From Christensenellales bacterium (GTDB lineage: Bacteria; Bacillota; Clostridia; Christensenellales; UMGS416): a stretch of 41,482 bases of DNA. Both the position numbers and the translations under genes were made by a program. Positions 29,285 to 37,491 of this stretch are shown one piece after another. Within the stretch, counting starts at the first letter, position 1, and each line of letters begins with the position of its first letter. The stretch spans positions 1 to 41,482 of the forward strand of contig JBMNNN010000002.1 in NCBI GenBank assembly GCA_050942555.1, read 5' to 3'. The notes below the pieces were generated by a model, which was not told where the DNA came from, did no database searches, and saw only the letters and a list, made by a program, of their open reading frames with translations.

Positions 29285-30227
29285 CGCGATAGCCGCCGAG
29301 CTTGCCCGTGCCGATGCGGTGCGCATCATACTTCACAGAGCGCCCGACGGCGACACGCTGGGCTCGTGTCTGGCTCTGTATCTGGCGCTGTGCGCGCTGG
29401 GGAAGAACGTCGCACTGTATTGCGCCGATCCGGTTCCGGCGCAGTATTCGTTCTTGCCGGGAGCCAACCGGATCGAAAACCGTTTCAGCCCGTCTGCGCT
29501 GCTGGTCACGGTGGACTGCGCGGACGTATCGATGACCGGCGGGGCCGCGGAAGCTATCGAGGGCGGCGCGCCCTGTATCGTCATCGATCATCACCGGTCG
29601 AACCGGGGATACGGTACCTTAAACTGGATAGACTACGCTGCCGCCGCCGCGGCCGAGCTCGTCTACGATTTGCTCCGGCGCATGTCGCTGCCCATCACGC
29701 CCGATATCGCCGACTGCCTGTATGTGGGCCTCGTGACCGACACCGGCCGCTTCAGCTTTGACTACACGCGCTCCGCATCGATGCGCATCGCGGCCGATCT
29801 CATCGAGCGGGGAGCGCACTTCACAGAGCTGTGCCACCGAATATTCCGGCAGCGCTCACTGGCGAAAACGCGGCTCATCGGGGCGGCGCTGTCCTCACTT
29901 CGGGTCGAGTCGGAACCGCGCGTAGCCGTGATGACAATTACGCTCGACATGCTGTCCCGCTGCAGCGCGTCCCACGAAGACACCGAGGCCATCATCAACT
30001 ATGGCATTGAAATCGACGGCATCGAGGTCGCGGTATTGCTGCATCAGTTATCCGAGTCGGAGTATAAGGTGAGCTTTCGCTCCGCGGGCGATGTACGGGT
30101 GGATACGGCTGCCCAGTCTTTGGGGGGAGGGGGCCATGTCAAGGCATCCGGGTGCACACTATCAGGCTCGGCCGAGGAGATACTCGGGACGGTACTCCGG
30201 GCGATTCGGGAGCACGCATACCGCTGA
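29253..30227 (+). CDS. nrnA: DHH/DHHA1 phosphoesterase NrnA (oligoribonuclease / pAp phosphatase)
   Basis: HRAPDGDTLGS, VIDHH and GGGGH motifs are present. The start is GTG 29253 or ATG 29259, inside the rbfA 3' end. Confidence 0.85.
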   Translation: MKMKSNLPIPDAIAAELARADAVRIILHRAPDGDTLGSCLALYLALCALGKNVALYCADPVPAQYSFLPGANRIENRFSPSALLVTVDCADVSMTGGAAEAIEGGAPCIVIDHHRSNRGYGTLNWIDYAAAAAAELVYDLLRRMSLPITPDIADCLYVGLVTDTGRFSFDYTRSASMRIAADLIERGAHFTELCHRIFRQRSLAKTRLIGAALSSLRVESEPRVAVMTITLDMLSRCSASHEDTEAIINYGIEIDGIEVAVLLHQLSESEYKVSFRSAGDVRVDTAAQSLGGGGHVKASGCTLSGSAEEILGTVLRAIREHAYR

Positions 30228-31114
30228 TGGACGGGATCATCAATCTCATAAAAGCCCCCGGCATGACATCAAGCGATGCGGTGGTGTGCGCCCGCAGGAT
30301 ACTGGGTGAGCGCAGGATCGGCCACGCCGGAACGCTGGACCGCGCGGCGGCTGGCGTTTTGCCGCTGCTTGTCGGCAAAGCCACGCGGCTCTTTGACGAG
30401 GTGACGCGCAAGCGCAAGACGTACGTAGCTGAATTCACGTTCGGGATTGAAACCGATACGCTGGATGGGGAAGGGTCGGTCGTCGCGCACGGCGAGCAGG
30501 TGGGAGCGGACGCGCTTCTGGCCGTGTTGCCCGGTTTTCTGGGAGACATCGCGCAGAGACCGCCCATATACTCCGCCGTCAAGCACGAAGGCGCGCGGGC
30601 ATCCGACCATGCGCGGGCGGGGCGCGTTCCCGAGCTGGCCGAGCGACGGGTAACGATCCATGCGCTCAGGCTGCTCCGGCAAACCGCGCCGGGCGCTTAT
30701 CTCTTTGAGATTGCATGCTCAAAGGGGACCTACATACGTAGCCTGTGCCGGGACATCGCCCGCGCGGTTCACACCTGTGGCTATGTGTCCTACCTTGTTC
30801 GTACGCAGGTCGGCCCCTACCTTCTGGAGGACGCGATCACCGTCGATGAACTTGAGACGGTATGGCGGGGCAGCCCTGCTGCCATTCTGCGGCCGATGGA
30901 CGAGCCGCTTGCGCATCTGCCGTCCCTCCGGCTGGATGCGGCGCGGGAAAGAGCCATACTGAACGGGCGGGACGTAGACGTAGAATCGGACGGCGAAGGC
31001 AGGGTGCGCCTGTACGGAGCAGACGGGCTCTTTATCGGCGTGGGCGCGCTCAAGCGCGGCCGGAACCGGATGACCGTCCGGATCAAAATCAATCTGGAGC
31101 ATACGCATCGATGA
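30227..31114 (+). CDS. truB: tRNA pseudouridine(55) synthase TruB
   Basis: MDGIINLIKAPGMTSSDAV...GHAGTLDRAAAGVLPLLVGKATR includes the catalytic Asp motif. The ATG at 30227 shares one base with the nrnA stop. Confidence 0.9.
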   Translation: MDGIINLIKAPGMTSSDAVVCARRILGERRIGHAGTLDRAAAGVLPLLVGKATRLFDEVTRKRKTYVAEFTFGIETDTLDGEGSVVAHGEQVGADALLAVLPGFLGDIAQRPPIYSAVKHEGARASDHARAGRVPELAERRVTIHALRLLRQTAPGAYLFEIACSKGTYIRSLCRDIARAVHTCGYVSYLVRTQVGPYLLEDAITVDELETVWRGSPAAILRPMDEPLAHLPSLRLDAARERAILNGRDVDVESDGEGRVRLYGADGLFIGVGALKRGRNRMTVRIKINLEHTHR

Positions 31115-32061
31115 AGTATTGGACCAGGATCCCAGTTATTGCAGAGCCGGTGGTCATGACCATCGGGAATTTCGACGGAATCCATATCGGGCACAGGGCC
31201 CTTCTTGACCGCGTCGGGGAGATAGCCCGCCAAAGTAAAAGCATACCGGCGGTCGTCACATTTGCAAACCACTCGCTGGAGCTCATCGATCCGCCCAGAG
31301 CGCCCAGGCTTCTCATGGACGCCGGTGACAAGATGGCTGTCATGGCCGACGCAGGGGCCGCGCACATGATCGTGCTGCCTTTCGACACGGCGCTCGCGTC
31401 AATGGAGCCCGATGCGTTTATCGGGCTTCTATTGGAGTCCATTTGCGTGATGCATATCGTCGTCGGTTTTGATTTTCGCTTCGGCCGGGGCGGGGCAGGA
31501 GAGGGGACAACGCTGGCACGTATCGGCGCCGCCCGGGGATTCGGAGTTACGGTGATGCCGCCCGTCCTTTACGAGGACAAGCCGGTATCGAGCTCCCGCA
31601 TCCGTTCCGCGCTGCTCGCGGGAGACTGCGCGTCTGCGGCCGCGATGCTGGGCCGTCCCTATGCGCTCCGGGGAACGGTCGTATCCGGTCATGGGATCGG
31701 CAGGAAGCTCGGATATCCCACTGCCAATATCCGGTACCCCGATGGCCTGCTGGTCCCGCGCAGCGGCGTGTATGCCGCCAAGGTACAGGCCCGTGGCCGG
31801 TGGTATGCGGCGATGGTCAATATCGGGACGCGCCCCACCGCGCGCGAGTGCGGCGGAGAGATATCCATCGAGGCGCATCTCCTTCACTATGAGGGTTCGC
31901 TGTACGGCGAAAAGGTCTGCCTGATGCTGCTGGAGCGGATCCGGGACGAGCGGCCCTTCGAGAGCTGGGACGCGCTCAGAAAGCAGCTTGACGACGACCG
32001 GGAGCAGGTGCTTAACAGGCTGCGCGTATTAAAGCAATTGCCGAAGGCCTGTCACTTGTAA
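31111..32061 (+). CDS. ribF: bifunctional riboflavin kinase / FAD synthetase
   Basis: GNFDGIHIGH is followed by a C-terminal riboflavin kinase region (GYPTANI...EAHLL). ATGA overlap with truB. Confidence 0.9.
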   Translation: MKYWTRIPVIAEPVVMTIGNFDGIHIGHRALLDRVGEIARQSKSIPAVVTFANHSLELIDPPRAPRLLMDAGDKMAVMADAGAAHMIVLPFDTALASMEPDAFIGLLLESICVMHIVVGFDFRFGRGGAGEGTTLARIGAARGFGVTVMPPVLYEDKPVSSSRIRSALLAGDCASAAAMLGRPYALRGTVVSGHGIGRKLGYPTANIRYPDGLLVPRSGVYAAKVQARGRWYAAMVNIGTRPTARECGGEISIEAHLLHYEGSLYGEKVCLMLLERIRDERPFESWDALRKQLDDDREQVLNRLRVLKQLPKACHL

Positions 32062-32166
32062 GTCGGAGGTTTGGTGCATCCCTGCCCAGCCGTGTGCCGG
32101 AGCGGTATATGATTGCTATATATCGCCGCGCAAAAGCGTTTACACTGTTAATTTTCATTTCGAATC

Positions 32167-32195
32167 TGGACAGCGTCGGACCGATATGCTATAAT
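32167..32195 (+). promoter_or_regulatory. sigma-A promoter of the tRNA-Thr/tRNA-Pro pair
   Basis: TGGACA-N17-TATAAT with an extended -10 (TGc), located 25 nt upstream of tRNA-Thr. Confidence 0.55.
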
Positions 32196-32219
32196 ACGCT
32201 GGCATGGATGTGCGGATAC

Positions 32220-32295
32220 GCCAATATAGCTCAGTTGGTAGAGCAGCGGTTTCGTAAACCGCAGGTCAAGGGTTCGAGTCCCTTTATTGGCTCCA
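32220..32295 (+). tRNA. tRNA-Thr (anticodon CGT), CCA encoded
   Basis: Manual cloverleaf fold: acceptor GCCAATA/TATTGGC, D arm GCTC-AGTTGGTA-GAGC, anticodon arm GCGGT-TTCGTAA-ACCGC, T arm AAGGG-TTCGAGT-CCCTT, discriminator T plus CCA. Confidence 0.9.
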
Positions 32296-32300
32296 CTTTT

Positions 32301-32377
32301 CGAGGTGTGGCTCAGCTTGGTAGAGCGCTGCGTTCGGGACGCAGAGGTCGCTGGTTCAAATCCAGTCACCTCGACCA
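32301..32377 (+). tRNA. tRNA-Pro (anticodon CGG), CCA encoded
   Basis: Manual cloverleaf fold: acceptor CGAGGTG/CACCTCG, anticodon arm CTGCG-TTCGGGA-CGCAG, T arm GCTGG-TTCAAAT-CCAGT, discriminator A plus CCA. Confidence 0.9.
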
Positions 32378-33110
32378 TTGATACACACAATCCCGGGGCC
32401 GGGAGCAGGAAAGGACGGATCATCAATCCGGTAGTAGATGGTCACGTCCTCATCGTTTATGACCACCTTTTCAATAAACCGGAGAATGACCTTCTGCTGG
32501 GCCGCGCCGCCCTTGTCTAGTGCCGTGGACTGGTGGAGCAGGTATTCGATCAACTTTTCCCGCGTAGCCAGGTCCAGATTCGAGGATTTGCTTTCCATCT
32601 CGTCAAGCTCTTCCTTGAGCGCGTCTTTGCGATGTCGGTATCCAAGCGGCGGCACACCTCCGTTGTGCCGTGCCTTTAGTGCGTTTTCCGTCAACCCCTT
32701 CTTAACTTCCCGCGCTAGATTCCGGCTGTAGTATTCCGCCATGCCCTCCAGCATGGATGCCATTATAACGGATTCCGGGCTGTCGTCCAGGCGTTCCAGC
32801 ACGGAGATCAATGACACCTCGGCGCGCTTTAGCTTTCGCCGGTATATCGCGCTGTCGTACCGGTCGCGGCTGAACCTGTCGAGTTTGTGGACGATTATCG
32901 CGGAAAACTGCCCGTTTCCCGCGTCCTCGATCATGCGCTGGAACTCCGGGCACTCGTCTGTGCGGGCTGACTGCGCGTGATCGGTGTAAATTTAGTTATT
33001 ACATACCCGTTATCCTGCGCAAACTTATTTATCGCCCGCATTTGGGCGTCAATGCTTTCCTCCCGCTGGGCCTGTGACAAGAAACGAGCGTATGCGACGG
33101 CCTCAATCAC
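32356..33110 (-). pseudogene. large serine recombinase, frameshifted and internally deleted
   Basis: The upstream frame (GTG 33110) reads VIEAVAYARFLSQAQREESIDAQMRAINKFAQDNGYVITK, then stops. The -1 frame continues (I)YTDHAQSARTDECPEFQRMIEDAGNGQFSAIIVHKLDRFSRDRYDS...GGVPPLGY. The shift lies at the AAATTT run, about 32988-32993. After PPLGY the sequence jumps straight to a coiled-coil/C-terminal tail, so the recombinase and zinc-ribbon domains are missing. The ORF tail reads into the tRNA-Pro 3' end. Confidence 0.7.
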
Positions 33111-33205
33111 TCGTCCTTGTCCTTCTTACCTAGGAAAATCCGGCGTATCGGGATTTGGATTAACGCCGCTACTGCCACGATACATAACGCGAACAATATT
33201 TCCAT
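33107..33205 (-). CDS. hypothetical 32-aa hydrophobic peptide
   Basis: It is not in the ORF track because it is too short. The minus strand reads GGGAGGAAATAGC-ATG, giving MEILFALCIVAVAALIQIPIRRIFLGKKDKDE. Its TGA overlaps the recombinase GTG (GTGA). Confidence 0.35.
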   Translation of the reverse strand: MEILFALCIVAVAALIQIPIRRIFLGKKDKDE

Positions 33206-33206
33206 G

Positions 33207-33311
33207 CTATTTCCTCCCTTTCCAGCGCCTCCACAATTTCAAGACGTACTCATGCAGGAAAATTACCGCGACCCAAATTGCACCAAATAGAAGTGTTCCG
33301 ACGAATCCCAT
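33207..33311 (-). CDS. hypothetical 34-aa hydrophobic peptide
   Basis: An internal ATG of the 67-aa track ORF is preceded by AAAAGGGGA, giving MGFVGTLLFGAIWVAVIFLHEYVLKLWRRWKGRK. This is one TM helix plus a basic tail. Confidence 0.35.
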   Translation of the reverse strand: MGFVGTLLFGAIWVAVIFLHEYVLKLWRRWKGRK

Positions 33312-33440
33312 TCCGCTGTCCCCTTTTTGTCCCAATTTATATGTTTGAATTGTCGATTTTTGTGGTTTACTGTAAGCGTAACAAGAAACACTCGTTCGCG
33401 TTATGTGCATACTTGGGGCCGTACTGTTGATTAAGATTTG

Positions 33441-33863
33441 TTACCTTTTCTGGCCGCCATCGTCGCTTTCGGGTTCAGGTTTGGTTCTTAAAATTTTTAG
33501 TAGCCGCAGTGCTTTTGCTGCGTCCTCGAAAAACTTAATATCGTCGGAGGTAATCTCTGCCCCTTTCAGAATTTCCATTTCCGTAATCCCGAGTTTCGTA
33601 ATGGCCTCAGGTAGTTTAGTGTGGGCTTCGTATTGGGGTTTGTTTGTGCGCCCGAGTAAGTAGTCGGTTGTGCAGTGGAAGTAATCGGCGAGTTTCAAGA
33701 TAATCTCATTATTAGGTTCCAAATCGCCCCTTTCATACTTCCCAACAGTTGCAGAAGTAACGCCCAAAACCTGAGCTAATTCAGATTGGGTTAAATTTGC
33801 CCCCCTTCTTAAATTTCGTAAACGTTTATTTACCACAAAAATCTTTCCTTTATTTTGTAACAT
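33441..33863 (-). CDS. XRE-family helix-turn-helix transcriptional regulator
   Basis: NKRLRNLRRGANLTQSELAQVLGVTSATVGKYERGDLEPNNEIILKLADYFHCTTDYLLG is a classic HTH_3 domain. The ATG is at 33863. An alternative GTG at 33836 is preceded by AAAGGAAAG. Confidence 0.8.
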   Translation of the reverse strand: MLQNKGKIFVVNKRLRNLRRGANLTQSELAQVLGVTSATVGKYERGDLEPNNEIILKLADYFHCTTDYLLGRTNKPQYEAHTKLPEAITKLGITEMEILKGAEITSDDIKFFEDAAKALRLLKILRTKPEPESDDGGQKR

Positions 33864-34096
33864 ACTATAATATACATTCAGTCCATTATAGACTTTAATA
33901 ATCCATGTCGGACAGAAACGATCCAGAACGGATACAATCAATACAGCGTATCCATGACATCAACGAATTATACCATAGCTAACAAGGACGGTCAATAATT
34001 TGGAGGAAATATTATAGAATTTATTACATAAAGTTGCAGGCCGCTATAACAGCTACGAATGTTCTTCACCGCACTCTAACGACGGCAATCAATGAC

Positions 34097-34132
34097 TAAA
34101 AAACAGCGCGCTTAAAAAGTGCGCTGTTTTTG
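34097..34132. terminator. bidirectional rho-independent terminator closing the CotH/VTC operon
   Basis: AAAAACAGCGC-(11-nt loop)-GCGCTGTTTTT with A/T runs on both sides. It lies about 115 nt downstream of the CE4 stop on the minus strand. Confidence 0.7.
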
Positions 34133-34249
34133 TCGATCAACCTGTTGACGTATAGGTATAAAGCCGACGGCTTGCGCACGCAGAAATCCATGGAGCCACA
34201 ACCCACAACTACTGCTGGCCCGGAGCTTCTCAATGTATGCTTTCGTTAC

Positions 34250-35074
34250 TTAATCAAGCAGACACGAATAAGTGCACACCTGAAATTTGTCCTCGTTGGC
34301 GTGCAGATATTCGATAAGCGCCTCGAGCTTTTCAGGCGAATAGGACATCTGCGCCCCGTCGTCGGTCTCGTCTATCTTGTGCAGGTTAAGAAGCACCGCC
34401 GGCTCGCCGCCGATATAGGCCATTAGTTCCGCCTGCGCGCTCTCGACGGACTTATCGGTCAGCAAGTGTATGGTCTTTACGGGTAAATAATACGACCTGT
34501 TATTGCGAAGCATGAGTACATTGTCCGAGGTGCGGATACTACGGAAGCCTTTTTCGATGAGCAGCGGTATGAGATAGGGGTTGCACTCCCCATATGGGGT
34601 AATGACCATGTCCATGCCCGCTGTCAGGTAATGCGTATCCAGCCATTCCCTTGCCCGCATAAACTCATAGAGCATCTCCTCGCAGCGAAAGTACATGTCC
34701 TCCTTATGGGAGTATGAGTGATTCAGTATATCCCATCCCTCCAAATACAGCTCAGCCAGCTGCTCATAGGACAGGTATTCGCTCTCGCGGACCAATGCGG
34801 GAATGACGGCGATGCTGCCCCTGTACCCATAACGCTTAAGGAGCGGGTATGCGCTTGTATACACCGAGCTCCAGCCGTCGTCAAACATGAACACGACCTG
34901 CGTTCGGGTCTCATCGACGGCGCATGAGGGAATGTCCCCGTGGGAAATATTGCTGAGCCGCAGCATCGTGATTGCGGTTTTAGCGCCGCTGTACAGGCGG
35001 GTATACGTCTCTGGATACATGAGCAGCGCGAAGCAAACCGCCGCCAGCGCGAAAGCGTAGTAGAGCTTTTTCAT
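34250..35074 (-). CDS. membrane-anchored polysaccharide deacetylase (CE4 / NodB homology domain)
   Basis: N-terminal TM anchor, then NodB motifs MFDDGW and LNHSYSH. The ATG at 35074 (MKKLYY) follows AGGAG. The track ORF starts at the GTG at 35083. Confidence 0.85.
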   Translation of the reverse strand: MKKLYYAFALAAVCFALLMYPETYTRLYSGAKTAITMLRLSNISHGDIPSCAVDETRTQVVFMFDDGWSSVYTSAYPLLKRYGYRGSIAVIPALVRESEYLSYEQLAELYLEGWDILNHSYSHKEDMYFRCEEMLYEFMRAREWLDTHYLTAGMDMVITPYGECNPYLIPLLIEKGFRSIRTSDNVLMLRNNRSYYLPVKTIHLLTDKSVESAQAELMAYIGGEPAVLLNLHKIDETDDGAQMSYSPEKLEALIEYLHANEDKFQVCTYSCLLD

Positions 35075-35094
35075 TACGCACACTCCTATTTCTT

Positions 35095-37479
35095 CTATGG
35101 TATGTCGGGCTCAAAGACCGCGCGCAGCTTCAATGCTGACGTCAGATTGATGTCGAGCCTTTCGCTTTTCGAAGTAACCGCGCCCATCCATCCGGCAAAA
35201 CGATAGCCCTGCGCCGGAATCGCTTCCAGCGATACGGCTATGTCCGGGAAGTACAGGCCCGAAAACGGCAGGTCTTCGTCCTCCAGCAGAAGCGTATTGA
35301 GACGGACGGAGCCTTTTCCGGTAACGGAAACTTCGAGCCTCTGCATGTCTGAGAGCTTGAAATACTCCTTTATATAGCCGCGCATGACGTCGGTTCGTTT
35401 CTGCGCATACAGCCGCACCCGGTCGATTTCGGAGAGATATCTGTCCATACTCCCGCGGTGCAGATTCCATCTTGCCAGATGCTGCGGCACGTAGGGCAGA
35501 TATATGCTGAGCAGCGAATCAAGCTTCGCCTGGGCGGTTTCGGCGCTGTAGGAGGTATTCAGAAGGTCTGCAAATCTGGTTATGAACCAGGTCCTGAAAT
35601 CTTCGTTTGTCAGCATCGTTCGCAGCATCATGGTAAATTCATCGGTGTTGTACCACTGGTCGCTTCCTATCGCAGTCGCGTCGGCCAGCGAGTTTTCCTC
35701 ATAGCTTTTATAAAAGAGGCCGAACCCGGTATCCAGATCATACACCAGCCAACGCCACCTTCCGTCCTGTCCGTAAGGCGCCTGCGGCTCGTACATTTGC
35801 GTGCGCTTCCTCCATATGCGCACGTTGTTCGCGAGCCAATCGCGGTTGCCGCAATAGATCTGCAAAATGTTGTATTCGATGTAGTTATCAATATCGATCT
35901 GCGTTTTTACATACTCGTAGTTCTCCGGCTTGCGCATATCCACGTTTTTTATGAAAGTGAATAGTTTATTGAATGGGAACTCGTCTCCGGCAAAGCCTTC
36001 CTGCACCTCGTCGCCGATACTGCCCGTCGGGTTTTTTATGATCACCACGTCAGCGGCGTCAAAACCGTATTTGCGCGCGAGATAGTCGGCGCTGTACTGC
36101 GGACGGATGTTATAGATGCCGTAGTATTCGCCATTGATAAAGGCGATGCAGGGACAGGAGGACTGCAGATCGAGCTTTCCGGGATCGGCCAGGCTCTGGA
36201 TATAGGCGTCGCGAAACAGGGAATAATGCGCATCGGTAGCCGAATTCCTGAGTATCAGGCGGCTTAATGGGAAACGATCGGCCTCTGAGGGAAAGAAGTC
36301 GTACTCGAATACGTCGCGATCGTCATAGTCGGTATTCGCCCGGAGGCTCAGGCATTTATTGGGATGGTCGAGCGAATAGCCGCCATGGGTACGGATACCG
36401 ATATCCTGGGATATCCACAGCCTTCCTTCGGGATCAAACAGCTCCATATGCGCGGGGCGCTCCCACAGTTTGCCTTCCTGATTGTAGTTCGCGGGTAGTC
36501 CCATCATGCCCGCGGTCTCGGGGTGTAGTGTAAGCCAGTCATCCCGTACCTTTCCGGCTACATATATTCCGGTTTCGTAATCAAACAGGTTGGCTGGAGA
36601 GGTCGAAAGAGAAACGACGGGGATATCGTACCGCCCGGATATGCCCTGGTCTACAAAATAGGTTTTCGTAACGGTCTTGCTCGCGGGATAGCCGGATTTA
36701 AAGGTACGGGCGCGGACGACATAGGGCGCCGCGCGCTTATTGAGGAGCAATGGTCTCTTGTAACGCGCGGAATCCTTATTGGGCTCGGAACCGTCGAGGG
36801 TATAGCGGATTTCCGCGCCTTCCTCACAGAAAAGCTCCAGCGCCAGATCGCTCTCATAGAATCCGGCAGGCAGGCTGAATCCGGGCCCGGATAGACGCTG
36901 CCCCTGCCTGCCGTCGTTCAGCGGATCGCCTTTATTGCTGCTGCCCGCTGTGCAGCCGTCGAACCAATACAGGCTGTCGCTCCCGTCGGGCATCCGGCCG
37001 TACGATATATTTTCGTGCATGTTCCGGAAAGGCAGCACCGTGCGCCACGCGCGGGCGGGCGAGGTCAGCAGCACCACATTGTCGTTTTTGCTCAGCCTGA
37101 AATTCGCGTGCGCGCTTTTTTCGTCTATCAGCCTGTCCTTGCCCGATGTCCACACCGTTATATAGCCGTATGGCTCGATCTTAATATCGGGGAACACCCA
37201 CCGGAAAGGTTTCTGCGCGTCGTCCGACAGACCGAATCCCCTGAGATTCACCGTTTTGTCCGAGGCATTATATAGCTCCACAAAACCCGAAAACCCGCCG
37301 TCGCTCGACTGTATCAGGCCCCTGTTGAGCGGCATGACCTCGTTTATCACGATACCGAAGTGTTCGCGCGACGCTGCGGCCGAATGGACAGCAAAAAGAT
37401 CGTCGGCTAATCCGGTGGAAAGAGCTATCCCCAAACAGACCGCCACAAAGAGCACGCGCTTTAAACGCTTCCTCAACAT
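35095..37479 (-). CDS. secreted CotH-family kinase with N-terminal lamin-tail (LTD) domain and accessory beta-rich domains
   Basis: A signal peptide is present (MLRKRLKRVLFVAVCLGIALSTG). The LTD-like segment is IVINEVMP...GFVELYNASDKTVNLRGFGLSDD. A chitobiase-C-like segment is GAEIRYTLDGSEPNKDS. A long CotH-like core includes LRNSATDAHYSLFRDAY. The C-terminal segment GYRFAGW resembles an InlB B-repeat. Confidence 0.75.
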   Translation of the reverse strand: MLRKRLKRVLFVAVCLGIALSTGLADDLFAVHSAAASREHFGIVINEVMPLNRGLIQSSDGGFSGFVELYNASDKTVNLRGFGLSDDAQKPFRWVFPDIKIEPYGYITVWTSGKDRLIDEKSAHANFRLSKNDNVVLLTSPARAWRTVLPFRNMHENISYGRMPDGSDSLYWFDGCTAGSSNKGDPLNDGRQGQRLSGPGFSLPAGFYESDLALELFCEEGAEIRYTLDGSEPNKDSARYKRPLLLNKRAAPYVVRARTFKSGYPASKTVTKTYFVDQGISGRYDIPVVSLSTSPANLFDYETGIYVAGKVRDDWLTLHPETAGMMGLPANYNQEGKLWERPAHMELFDPEGRLWISQDIGIRTHGGYSLDHPNKCLSLRANTDYDDRDVFEYDFFPSEADRFPLSRLILRNSATDAHYSLFRDAYIQSLADPGKLDLQSSCPCIAFINGEYYGIYNIRPQYSADYLARKYGFDAADVVIIKNPTGSIGDEVQEGFAGDEFPFNKLFTFIKNVDMRKPENYEYVKTQIDIDNYIEYNILQIYCGNRDWLANNVRIWRKRTQMYEPQAPYGQDGRWRWLVYDLDTGFGLFYKSYEENSLADATAIGSDQWYNTDEFTMMLRTMLTNEDFRTWFITRFADLLNTSYSAETAQAKLDSLLSIYLPYVPQHLARWNLHRGSMDRYLSEIDRVRLYAQKRTDVMRGYIKEYFKLSDMQRLEVSVTGKGSVRLNTLLLEDEDLPFSGLYFPDIAVSLEAIPAQGYRFAGWMGAVTSKSERLDINLTSALKLRAVFEPDIP

Positions 37480-37491
37480 CGATACCCCCGC

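Larger units (their letters stand above)
32378..34096. mobile_element. degraded integrative-element remnant abutting tRNA-Pro (recombinase pseudogene, two micro-ORFs, XRE regulator)
   Basis: It starts directly after the tRNA-Pro CCA. GC is visibly lower than in the flanking housekeeping DNA. It contains a serine recombinase relic and a phage-type HTH regulator. I found no flanking direct repeats by eye. Confidence 0.4.

Noticed and set aside
32353-32377. tRNA-Pro 3' end considered as an attachment site, with a search for a direct-repeat copy at the far side of the island (around 34,100 and 41,124-41,482).
   Set aside because: I found no second copy of the GGTTCAAATCCAGTCACCTCGACCA segment by eye. 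Serine recombinases do not typically target tRNA 3' ends, so the adjacency may be coincidental.
32094-32426. ORFs of 95 aa (+) and 92 aa (-) spanning the tRNA-Thr/tRNA-Pro region.
   Set aside because: They are accounted for by two cloverleaf-folding tRNA genes, and no coding signal is present.
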